Source: Mesorhizobium sp. (GTDB lineage: Bacteria > Pseudomonadota > Alphaproteobacteria > Rhizobiales > Rhizobiaceae). From it: DNA of 64,000 bases. Both the position numbers and the translations under genes were made by a program. The notes under the pieces are model-generated. The model was given only the letters and a program-made list of their open reading frames with translations. It did no database searches and was not told the DNA's origin. Where the stretch lies: positions 35,876-99,875 of the forward strand of contig JBHYDY010000008.1 of the NCBI GenBank assembly GCA_051860465.1, in the 5' to 3' direction. Positions 56,222-64,000 of this stretch are shown piece after piece. Every line of letters begins with the position of its first letter. The stretch's first letter is position 1.

Positions 56222-57323
56222 AACCCTCTTCCTGGCAGGGGTGTTCATTGCCGTCGCCATCGGCGGAGCCCAGGCGCAGGACATCGCGGCGGGCGAGAAG
56301 GTGTTCGCCAAGTGCAAGGCCTGCCACATGGTCGGCGAGAACGCCAAGAATCGTGTCGGCCCGATCCTGAACGGCATCGTCGGCCGCGCCGCCGGGACCG
56401 TCGAAGGGTTCAAGTATTCGCCCGTGATGACCAAGGCGGGAGCGGAGGGCCTCGTCTGGGACGACGCCAACCTCTCCGGCTACCTTCGCGACCCGAGAGG
56501 CTTCCTGAAGGGCAACAAGATGGCCTTCGCGGGGCTCAAGAAGGATGAGGAGGTGGTGAACGTCATCGCCTATCTCGGAAGCTTCGACGGCGACGGAAAG
56601 CCTGCTGCCCCAGGTCAACAGTCGGCGGCGCCGGCAAGCGAGGCGCCGGACACCGCGGCTGCAGCCGCTGCCGCTCCGTCTGCCGATACGCGCGGCAGCG
56701 CAGCTGATGCGGTCGGACTCGGACTCGGCCTCGGCCGCGCCGCGACGCCCGAGGAAATCGTCGCGTGGGACACCGATGTCAGGCCGGATGGACAAGGCCT
56801 GCCGGAGGGTTCGGGGACGGCGGCGCACGGCATGGAAGTCTACGACGAGCGCTGCGCGAGTTGCCACGGCGACTTCGGCGAGGCGATCGGCCGCTGGCCC
56901 GTGCTTGCCGGCGGACAGGGCACCTTGCAGGCGGAGCGGCCGGAAAAGACCATCGGCTCCTACTGGCCCTATCTTTCGACGGTCTACGACTACGTTCATC
57001 GCGCGATGCCATTCGGCGACGCACGCTCTCTGAGCAATGACGACGTCTACGCATTGACCGCCTACCTGCTCTACCTCAACGACATCGTTGACGACGAATC
57101 TTTCGAGCTGTCGAAAGACAACTTCACCTCGATCCGGCTGCCGAACGAGGACAATTTCTTCGATGACGACCGCGAGCAGGAACCCTTCTACGTCGACCGG
57201 TCGGAACCGTGCATGAAGGACTGCAAGCCGGGGACACCGGAAATCACCATGCATGCGGCCGTGCTCGACGTGACGCCCGAGGATGGCGGAGAAGAAAACG
57301 CTTCGGGAGGCGGCATCGACTGA
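56205..57323 (+). CDS. soxD: Diheme cytochrome c SoxD
   Basis: CKACH and CASCH motifs. Overlaps the soxC end. Confidence 0.88.
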   Translation: MWKSPKTLFLAGVFIAVAIGGAQAQDIAAGEKVFAKCKACHMVGENAKNRVGPILNGIVGRAAGTVEGFKYSPVMTKAGAEGLVWDDANLSGYLRDPRGFLKGNKMAFAGLKKDEEVVNVIAYLGSFDGDGKPAAPGQQSAAPASEAPDTAAAAAAAPSADTRGSAADAVGLGLGLGRAATPEEIVAWDTDVRPDGQGLPEGSGTAAHGMEVYDERCASCHGDFGEAIGRWPVLAGGQGTLQAERPEKTIGSYWPYLSTVYDYVHRAMPFGDARSLSNDDVYALTAYLLYLNDIVDDESFELSKDNFTSIRLPNEDNFFDDDREQEPFYVDRSEPCMKDCKPGTPEITMHAAVLDVTPEDGGEENASGGGID

Positions 57324-57360
57324 CGATCCCGCCGGCCCGGGCCTTTGGGAGGAGCGCCTG

Positions 57361-57777
57361 GTGATCCGACACTGCTTGCTGCCCTGCCGGGGCGGATTCC
57401 CCGCTCGGCGAACTGCCTTGCACGCGCCCTCGTGGGCGCTGGCGGCAATCCTCGCTTTTCCGGTGTCTGCATACGCTTCGGACGAAGCCGCGCTTTCGAT
57501 TGAGGTCGAACACGCCGTCACGCGAATCCTCGCCCTCGACGGCGATGCTGCCTATGGCGAGTACCTCGGCGGCGAGTGCGTGACCTGCCACCAGGCGTCA
57601 GGCGCCGCGAGCGGCATTCCGCCGATTCACGGACTGCCGGTCGACTACACGGTTCAGGCAATGGTCGAATACAAGCTCGGCGCTCGCTCCAGTCCCGTCA
57701 TGAAGCTGATGACCGCGCGCCTCTCCGACGAGGAGATCGCGGCCTTGGCCGTCTACATAGCCGAAATGGAAAACTGA
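57361..57777 (+). CDS. soxE: c-type cytochrome (SoxE-like, single heme motif)
   Basis: Signal-like WALAAILAFPVSAYA and CVTCH. The GTG start at 57361 is a guess (track ORF starts at 57283). Confidence 0.65.
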   Translation: MIRHCLLPCRGGFPARRTALHAPSWALAAILAFPVSAYASDEAALSIEVEHAVTRILALDGDAAYGEYLGGECVTCHQASGAASGIPPIHGLPVDYTVQAMVEYKLGARSSPVMKLMTARLSDEEIAALAVYIAEMEN

Positions 57778-57804
57778 CCTGAAACGGCTCACCCGGAGGA
57801 AACC

Positions 57805-59088
57805 ATGAGCGAGACAAGAACCGGCACGATATCGAGACGGAGTTTCGGACTGCTGGCGGGCGCGGGGGTCGCGTCGCTGGCCCTGCCGACCTACCTGCGC
57901 GCGCAGGACAAGCCGCGCGTGGTGATCGTCGGCGGCGGCGCCGGTGGCGCCACCGCGGCGAAGTATCTGGCGAAGGATTCGAAAGGCGCGCTCGATGTGA
58001 CGCTGATCGAGGACAGCGACACCTTCACCACCTGCTTCTTCTCCAATCTCTACCTCGGCGGCTACCGCGACTACAAGTCGATCACACACGGATACGACGC
58101 CCTCGTCGCGGCCTATGGCATCCGCAAGGTGACCGGCATGGCCATGGCGGTGGATCGAGCCGCCAAGACCGTCACCATGGCCGACGGCGCCGTCGTGCCC
58201 TACGACCGCCTGGTGCTGTCACCCGGCATCGACATGGTCTACGATTCCGTGCCGGGCTATTCGGAGGAGGCAGCGCAGACGGCGCCGCACGCCTGGAAGG
58301 CCGGCCCGCAGACGGAGCTCCTCAAGGCCAAGCTCGATGCGCTGACGGACGGACAGAACATCGTGATGGTCGCGCCGCCCAATCCGTATCGCTGCCCGCC
58401 CGGTCCCTACGAGCGGGTATCGATGATGGCGCATGTGCTGAAATCGAAGGGGTATTCGCAGTCGAAGATCTTCGTCATCGATCCGAAGCCGCAGTTCTCC
58501 AAGCAGGCACTCTTCCAGGAAGGCTGGGACAAGCACTATCCCGGCATGGTCGAATGGTATGGCCCGGACGTCCACGGGGGCATACAGTCGGTCGACGTCG
58601 CGGCCGGCACGGTCGAGACGGATCTTGACACCTTCGAGGGGTCCCTTCTCAACATCATCCCGGCACAAAAGGCCGGCGCGATCGCCGCCGGCGTTGCGGG
58701 TGAGAGCGGCTTCTGCCCGATCGATGCCGCCACGATGCGCTCGACCATGGACGAAGCGATCTTCGTCATCGGCGACGCGTCGATCGCCGGTGACATGCCG
58801 AAGTCGGGCTTCTCGGCCAACAGCCAGGCCAAGGTGGCGGCGATGACGATCCGCGCCGACCTGACGGGTTCGAAAGCTTTCCCGGCGAAATACTCCAACA
58901 CCTGCTGGTCGCTGATCGAGACCGACGACGGCGTCAAGGTTGGCGCCCAGTACGAGCCGAAGGAGGGCAAGATCACGTCGGTCGAGGCCTTCGTGTCGCA
59001 GACCGGGGAGGACGCCGCGCTGCGCAAGGCGACCTACGAGGAATCGATTGGCTGGTACGACGGCATCGTCGCCGACATGTTCAGCTGA
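57805..59088 (+). CDS. soxF: Flavocytochrome-c-type sulfide dehydrogenase flavoprotein SoxF
   Basis: Tat signal SRRSFGLLAGAG and FAD motif VVIVGGGAGGATAAKYL. Confidence 0.9.
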   Translation: MSETRTGTISRRSFGLLAGAGVASLALPTYLRAQDKPRVVIVGGGAGGATAAKYLAKDSKGALDVTLIEDSDTFTTCFFSNLYLGGYRDYKSITHGYDALVAAYGIRKVTGMAMAVDRAAKTVTMADGAVVPYDRLVLSPGIDMVYDSVPGYSEEAAQTAPHAWKAGPQTELLKAKLDALTDGQNIVMVAPPNPYRCPPGPYERVSMMAHVLKSKGYSQSKIFVIDPKPQFSKQALFQEGWDKHYPGMVEWYGPDVHGGIQSVDVAAGTVETDLDTFEGSLLNIIPAQKAGAIAAGVAGESGFCPIDAATMRSTMDEAIFVIGDASIAGDMPKSGFSANSQAKVAAMTIRADLTGSKAFPAKYSNTCWSLIETDDGVKVGAQYEPKEGKITSVEAFVSQTGEDAALRKATYEESIGWYDGIVADMFS

Positions 59089-59107
59089 TACGATGGGCGG
59101 ACCGGGA

Positions 59108-59134
59108 CCGGGCGACGCATGCGTCGCCCGGTTT
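59108..59134. terminator. Bidirectional hairpin between convergent soxF and the TRAP permease
   Basis: Perfect palindrome ccgggcgacgca/tgcgtcgcccgg followed by ttt. Confidence 0.6.
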
Positions 59135-59139
59135 CGCCC

Positions 59140-60456
59140 CTACAGCCGCGCAAGCCAGACGGCGATCGGCGGGAAGGCGATGATGATGCCGAGCGCCACG
59201 ATCATGGCGAAGACGAAGGGCAGCGCGCCGCGGAAGATCTCGCCCACCTTCAGCGTCGGATCGTCGATCGCCGACTTGATGGTGTAGACCGACAGCCCGA
59301 ACGGCGGCGTCAGCAGGCCGATTTCCACCGCCACCACCGTCAGCACGCCGAACCAGATCAGGTCGAAGCCGGCGGCCTTCGCCACGGGCAGCGCGATGGG
59401 CAAGAGGATGAGCATGATCGAGATGGAATCGATCAGGAAGCCCATGACGATGACCAGCACCAGGAAGATCAGCAGGAAGCCGTAGGGACCGATCGAGCTC
59501 TGCAGCAAGGTCTCGGCCAGCAGCCCCGGCAGGCCCGACATGGCAAGCATGCGCGAGAAGAAGGTCGCGGCCATGATCAGGAACAGCACCGAGACGGTCA
59601 CCTGCCCCGTCTCGACAAGCAGCGACCACATCCTCCCGCCTCCCAGCGAGCGGCGCGTCAACGCGATGATCAGCGCGCCGAGCGCGCCGATCGCGCCGGC
59701 CTCGGTCGGGTTGAGGAACCCGCCATAGAGCCCGCCCAGCACCAGCGTCACCAGGGCGATGATCGGCAGGCCCTTCGAAAGGATGAAGTATCCCAATGGG
59801 GCGGCGTCGTCGACGGGCACGTCGGATGGTCGCTCGAAGACGCTCCCCTTCCACCAGGTCGCCATGATCACGATGGTGATCGAAAACAGTATGGCCAAAA
59901 GGATGCCGGGGCCGATTCCCGCCAGGAACATCCGGCCGACCGACTCCTCGGCCAGCACGGCGTAGACGATCATCAGCAGCGACGGCGGAATCAGCATGCC
60001 GAGCACGGAGCTGCCGGCGACGACACCGGTGGAGAAGCTGCGCTTGTAGCCATGACGGGTCATCTCCGGCACCGCGACGCGCGAAAAGACGGAGGCCGAG
60101 GCGATAGAGATGCCGGTGATGGAGGCGAAGACCGCGTTGGCGAACACGGTCGCGACGCCAAGTCCGGCCCTGACGCGTCGCAGCAATCGTTCGAACAGGT
60201 CGAACGTGTCCTTGCCGACACCGGAGACGGTGACGAGCAGCCCCATCAGTACGAACAGCGGCACCACCGCGAAGAGGTACTCCTCGAGGCTGTCGTTGGC
60301 GACCGAGCCCATCATGCGCATCGCGACGGTCTCGTTGCGGATGAAGGAGACCCCCGCGAAGGACACCACGATCATGCCGACGCCGATGGGCATGCCGAGC
60401 GCGATCAGCAGGATCAGGACCGCGATGCAGAGGATGCCGATCTCGATTCCGGTCAT
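59140..60456 (-). CDS. TRAP transporter large permease (DctM family)
   Basis: Starts MTGIEIGILCIAVLILLIALGMPIG; about 12 TM segments. ATGA overlap with the small permease. Confidence 0.9.
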   Translation of the reverse strand: MTGIEIGILCIAVLILLIALGMPIGVGMIVVSFAGVSFIRNETVAMRMMGSVANDSLEEYLFAVVPLFVLMGLLVTVSGVGKDTFDLFERLLRRVRAGLGVATVFANAVFASITGISIASASVFSRVAVPEMTRHGYKRSFSTGVVAGSSVLGMLIPPSLLMIVYAVLAEESVGRMFLAGIGPGILLAILFSITIVIMATWWKGSVFERPSDVPVDDAAPLGYFILSKGLPIIALVTLVLGGLYGGFLNPTEAGAIGALGALIIALTRRSLGGGRMWSLLVETGQVTVSVLFLIMAATFFSRMLAMSGLPGLLAETLLQSSIGPYGFLLIFLVLVIVMGFLIDSISIMLILLPIALPVAKAAGFDLIWFGVLTVVAVEIGLLTPPFGLSVYTIKSAIDDPTLKVGEIFRGALPFVFAMIVALGIIIAFPPIAVWLARL

Positions 60457-61022
60457 GTCTGGCTTTCCGGCGGTCGCGCGGCTCTGGCAAGGGATCGGGC
60501 GGCCTGGACCGTGAACTGGATTGCGGCGATGGCCGCGCCAAGCAGGATCAGCGCCCGGAAAGGCCAGGTCTGTAGGGTCGCCACGCCGGTGACTCCGATG
60601 TACTCGCCATGGGTCATGTCCTTCATCAGGATGCCCCACGTCGACCAGGCGATGCCGGCGCAGACCGCGATCCCGAACAGATCCCACAGGCCCGACACGA
60701 GAGCGGCGATCCGGGGGCTGCGACCTTCCATGAGCGTGAAGAAGAAATCGGTGCGCGCCAGGCGTTCGTTGCGGATGGTGGTGCCGAGCTGGAGATAGAC
60801 GATCATCACCAGCGTCAGCGCTCCGAGTTCGGAAATCAACGGCAGCGACGCGCCCATCAGGTTGCGAGCCACCACGTCGCAAGCGATCATCGCCATCAGG
60901 ATGACGATCATCAACGTGCCGAGCGCGGCCAGACCGTCGACGGAACGGCCCCAGATCAGGGCGAACGCGGATGTCTGGCGCCGCCCTTCGGCGGCGCCTC
61001 CCTGCTCCTTGCCGGCATCCAT
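60453..61022 (-). CDS. TRAP transporter small permease (DctQ family)
   Basis: Four-TM protein; position between the DctP and DctM homologues. Confidence 0.8.
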   Translation of the reverse strand: MDAGKEQGGAAEGRRQTSAFALIWGRSVDGLAALGTLMIVILMAMIACDVVARNLMGASLPLISELGALTLVMIVYLQLGTTIRNERLARTDFFFTLMEGRSPRIAALVSGLWDLFGIAVCAGIAWSTWGILMKDMTHGEYIGVTGVATLQTWPFRALILLGAAIAAIQFTVQAARSLARAARPPESQT

Positions 61023-61047
61023 GGCGATCGCCTCGCCGGACCAGCGC

Positions 61048-62124
61048 TTACTGCTTGTCCCAGTCGCGGGCGGGCTTTTCGCCACGCGCGCGCAGGCCTT
61101 CCATGTAGGCCGAGAGGAACGCCTTGCCCGGCAGGCCGCGCGCCTCGGCATCGGCCGCCCACTCGCCGGCTATGTCCGGCAGACCGTCGACCCAGGCCTG
61201 CCGGTCTTCGGCCGACATCTGGGAGATGGTCACCGGCGGATTCTGACCCGCCCCGATTTCCTGCATCTTGGCGAAGGCCGCCTCGTGCCGCTCCAGGAGG
61301 TCCTTGCCGTGTTCCTCCGTGTAGAACTTGCCGGCTTCGACCATGGCCGCCTGCACTTCCTCGGGCAGACCATCCCAGGAGTCCTTGTTGATCGCCACCG
61401 CGCCGGAGAAGGCCGTGCCGATGTCGACCCGGGTGATGTAGGGCGCGACCTCGTAAAGCTTGGCCGGCAGCACGCCGAGCGCCAGCGACAGGACGCCGTC
61501 CGACACGCCGGTCTGGATGTCGGTGTAGAAGGTGGTCAGCGCGCCGTCGACGGCGTTGGCGCCGGTGCCGCGCAGCCAGTTGGCGAGCACGCCGGGGGCC
61601 GACAGCTTCATGCCGTCGAGGTCGGCCAGGCCGGTGATCGGCTGCTTGGTGTAGACGTCGTAGCTGTCGGTACCCGTCAGGCCGAGCACCTTCAGATTGT
61701 ACTGCTCCCATTCTTTCTTGAAGCTATCGTTCGTCTCCAGCAGTTCGGCCATCACGGCCAGCTGGACGGGCGGATTGGCGGTCGCGAAGGGAGCGTAGCT
61801 GGACACCTGGCTCAGCGGCAGCTTGGCTGCCTCCAGGAACGAGAACACCCAGCCGATGTCGGTGACGCCTTCCTCGACGGAGGTCAGCGTGGCGTTGGCC
61901 TTGTAGAGCTGGCCGCCGAAGGCCTCCTGCCATTCGATCTTGTAGTTGCCCTTCTCCGCCAGGAGACGGTCGGTCTCGGCCATGAAATGCGACTTGATCA
62001 TTCCGACCCAGGGAATGACGAGCGGGTGGCTCGAGGCGACGGTCAGTTTGATCGTCTCCTGCGCGAACGCGGCGCCCGGAAAGGCGACGGCGCTGGCAAG
62101 CAGCAGTCCGGTAAGCGTCTTCAT
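61048..62124 (-). CDS. TRAP transporter substrate-binding protein (DctP family)
   Basis: Signal peptide MKTLTGLLLASAVAFPGAAFAQ, then ETIKLTVASSHP. Confidence 0.88.
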   Translation of the reverse strand: MKTLTGLLLASAVAFPGAAFAQETIKLTVASSHPLVIPWVGMIKSHFMAETDRLLAEKGNYKIEWQEAFGGQLYKANATLTSVEEGVTDIGWVFSFLEAAKLPLSQVSSYAPFATANPPVQLAVMAELLETNDSFKKEWEQYNLKVLGLTGTDSYDVYTKQPITGLADLDGMKLSAPGVLANWLRGTGANAVDGALTTFYTDIQTGVSDGVLSLALGVLPAKLYEVAPYITRVDIGTAFSGAVAINKDSWDGLPEEVQAAMVEAGKFYTEEHGKDLLERHEAAFAKMQEIGAGQNPPVTISQMSAEDRQAWVDGLPDIAGEWAADAEARGLPGKAFLSAYMEGLRARGEKPARDWDKQ

Positions 62125-62144
62125 GTCATTTCCTCCCTTGAAAT

Positions 62145-62531
62145 CTAAAGCATCGAAAAGGTCTGGCTCGACATGTCGAGCCGAACCGTCACCGTTCCCT
62201 CGTTGATCATCCACGGCCGGACCGTGAAGCTGCGTGCGCCGCAGCGGTGCATCGGGTCCCGCTCGGCGATGGCGATCGCCTCGCCGCGCGAAGCGGCGCG
62301 GACCACCACGAGCCCATCCCCCTCCCAGGTCTTCTCGTCGTCCGACCACATCGGGCCGGCGGCGAAAAGAACACCGTCCTTCTCCAGCGAGACCTGGAAG
62401 GCCAGATGCGCCTCCATGTTGGCCAGCACCGGCTCGATGGCGCCGGTCGGCTTCGTGAAGATGGCGTAGAACTGCTTCTGCAGCATGGCGATGCTCGCCT
62501 GCATCACGCCCTCGACCGGTATGCCCTTCAT
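62145..62531 (-). CDS. YciI-like protein
   Basis: HLAFQVSLEKDGVLFAAGPM...VVRAASRGEAIAIAERDPMH...VRPW fits the YciI pattern. GGGGAGGAG Shine-Dalgarno sequence. Confidence 0.6.
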   Translation of the reverse strand: MKGIPVEGVMQASIAMLQKQFYAIFTKPTGAIEPVLANMEAHLAFQVSLEKDGVLFAAGPMWSDDEKTWEGDGLVVVRAASRGEAIAIAERDPMHRCGARSFTVRPWMINEGTVTVRLDMSSQTFSML

Positions 62532-62553
62532 GGTCTCCTCCCCGACCGCGGCG

Positions 62554-63699
62554 TCAGCCCGCCTTGCGCCTTGCCATCTCGGACCTGATCTCTTCGCCAT
62601 GTTCGTCCAGCGTCGGCGGCGGCAGGACGTCGAGGTCCGGCTGGCCATCGAAGCTGTAGGGCGCTCGTACCGTCTTGAAGGCGCCCATCGTCGGGTGCTC
62701 GGCCTCGACCGCGATGTGCAGGTGGCGGGCCTGCGGGTCCTCGAGCGCCTCGTTCGAATCATAGGCCGGCGAGTGCGGCACCTCGTTTTCGAGCAGGATC
62801 GCGCACCATTCGTCGCGCGTCTTGCCCACGAAGATCGGCGCCATGATGTCGATCAACGCCTGCTGGTGGCGGATCCGGTCGAGCCGGTCCTCGAAACGCG
62901 GATCGAAGCGCAGTTCCTCGCGACCGATCGACTTGGTCAGGCCTTCCCAGAACTTCTGCGGCGAGGACAGATGGATGGCGACCCACTTCCCGTCCGAGCA
63001 GGGGAAGGTGTAGGACTGCGAGACCATCGGCCGGCTCAGTGGCCCCATCACCTCGCCCATCGAGAAGTAGTGGGTGAAGGAATCGAGATTGAAGTGGCAC
63101 ATGGCCTCGAGCATCGAGATGTCGAGCCGACGTCCCTTGCCCGTGGTCGATCGCTCCAGGAGAGCCGCCACGATGCCGAGCGCTGCATAATGCCCGGTGA
63201 CCGCGTCCGCGATGGCGGGGCCGATGACACGCGGGTTGGTCGGCGGGGTGAGCAGGCGAAGATAGCCGCTGGCCGCCTGCGCCACCGTGTCGAAGGCCGG
63301 CCGGTCGCGGGCGGGTCCGGTCTGGCCGAAGCCGGTGATGGCGCAATAGACCAGCCGCGGATTGATGCGCTGCAAATCGTCTGCGCCTGCGCCCAGCCGA
63401 TCGGCCACGCCCGGACGGAAGTTCTGGATGAAGACGTCGGCGCCCGCGATCAGGTCGTGAAACACGGCGCGGTCACAGCTCTTGCCGGTGTCGAGCGCGA
63501 TCGAACGCTTGTTGCGGTTGTAGGTCTGGAAATGCGGCGAGTAGAGCCCGCCCTTGAAGGCGCGGAACGGGTCGCCGCCGTCCGGGCGCTCGACCTTGAC
63601 GACGTCGGCGCCGAGATCGGCCAGATGCATCCCGGCCGCGGGACCGGTGATGTAGGTGCCCATCTCGATGACGCGGACGTCCTTGAGAATCTTGGTCAT
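62554..63699 (-). CDS. Family III CoA-transferase (CaiB/BaiF type)
   Basis: LKDVRVIEMGTYITGPAAGMHLADLGADVVKVERP N-terminus. Confidence 0.88.
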   Translation of the reverse strand: MTKILKDVRVIEMGTYITGPAAGMHLADLGADVVKVERPDGGDPFRAFKGGLYSPHFQTYNRNKRSIALDTGKSCDRAVFHDLIAGADVFIQNFRPGVADRLGAGADDLQRINPRLVYCAITGFGQTGPARDRPAFDTVAQAASGYLRLLTPPTNPRVIGPAIADAVTGHYAALGIVAALLERSTTGKGRRLDISMLEAMCHFNLDSFTHYFSMGEVMGPLSRPMVSQSYTFPCSDGKWVAIHLSSPQKFWEGLTKSIGREELRFDPRFEDRLDRIRHQQALIDIMAPIFVGKTRDEWCAILLENEVPHSPAYDSNEALEDPQARHLHIAVEAEHPTMGAFKTVRAPYSFDGQPDLDVLPPPTLDEHGEEIRSEMARRKAG

Positions 63700-63709
63700 C
63701 GGGCCGGCC

Positions 63710-64000
63710 TCACGCGCTTTTCCGGTCGGCAGCGTGCCCGCTGGCAGGCCCATCATAGGTGATCGCGGTGTCCGCCTTGTGGGACATGATGAAGCCGATG
63801 GAGCGCTGCGATTCTTCGTAGAGATGCGCGACCAGGCCGGCCGCGCGGGCCAGCAGCGGGATGCCCTTCATCGCCTCGATCGGCCAGCCGGCATCGAGCA
63901 TCAGGGCGGGGATGGCGCCGGAGACATTGATCGGCAGCGGGCGGTTCATGATGCCCGGCGCTTCGTCGCCCAGCGCGCGCAGGCAGGCGACGTGTTCGCC
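63710..64000 (-). CDS. Citrate-synthase-fold protein (citryl-CoA-lyase-like), C-terminal part; 5' end outside window
   Basis: Frame stays open to the window edge. LLARAAGLVAHLYEE resembles the C-terminal helix of the citrate-synthase family. Confidence 0.5.
   Translation of the reverse strand, partial: GEHVACLRALGDEAPGIMNRPLPINVSGAIPALMLDAGWPIEAMKGIPLLARAAGLVAHLYEESQRSIGFIMSHKADTAITYDGPASGHAADRKSA

Overview
High-GC, densely coding chromosomal window. It looks alphaproteobacterial, Rhizobiales-like, but this is inferred only from composition and gene content. All product calls come from motifs I can read in the ORF translations; no database search was run.

Layout, left to right:
1. Surface-polysaccharide genes: ABC exporter, GT2, RgpF-like, sulfotransferase-like.
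2. An IS481-like transposase remnant, a small secreted ORF and tRNA-Gly(GCC).
3. A long minus-strand catabolic block: three aldehyde dehydrogenases flanking a Liv-type ABC importer. Its LivF ATPase carries an unusual ~350-aa repeat-containing tail. A divergent AraC regulator and a Baeyer-Villiger monooxygenase follow.
4. A porin-like outer-membrane protein and tRNA-Arg(CCG).
5. A 9.25-kb, visibly lower-GC insertion bracketed by 670-bp direct repeats that duplicate the 3' end of an acyltransferase gene. It carries a three-gene extracytoplasmic cysteine-protease module (caspase-like C14 with a peptidoglycan-binding domain; papain-like C1 fused to a DUF4384-like domain; OmpA-like anchor). It also carries two weakly similar small secreted proteins, a LuxR-type regulator and an IS256-family element.
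6. A CPA2 K+ efflux protein and a polyamine block (aguB, deacetylase-like amidohydrolase, amidohydrolase, potABCD).
7. A periplasmic sensor-like protein plus a chemoreceptor.
8. A complete sox sulfur-oxidation locus (soxH-like, soxT-like, soxRS, soxVW, soxXYZABCDEF) with recurring AT-rich candidate operator sites.
9. A TRAP transporter, a YciI-like protein, a CoA-transferase and a partial citryl-CoA-lyase-like gene.

I saw no rRNA, CRISPR array, integrase or phage genes. The best candidate for an uncharacterised system is the protease module on the repeat-bracketed insertion.
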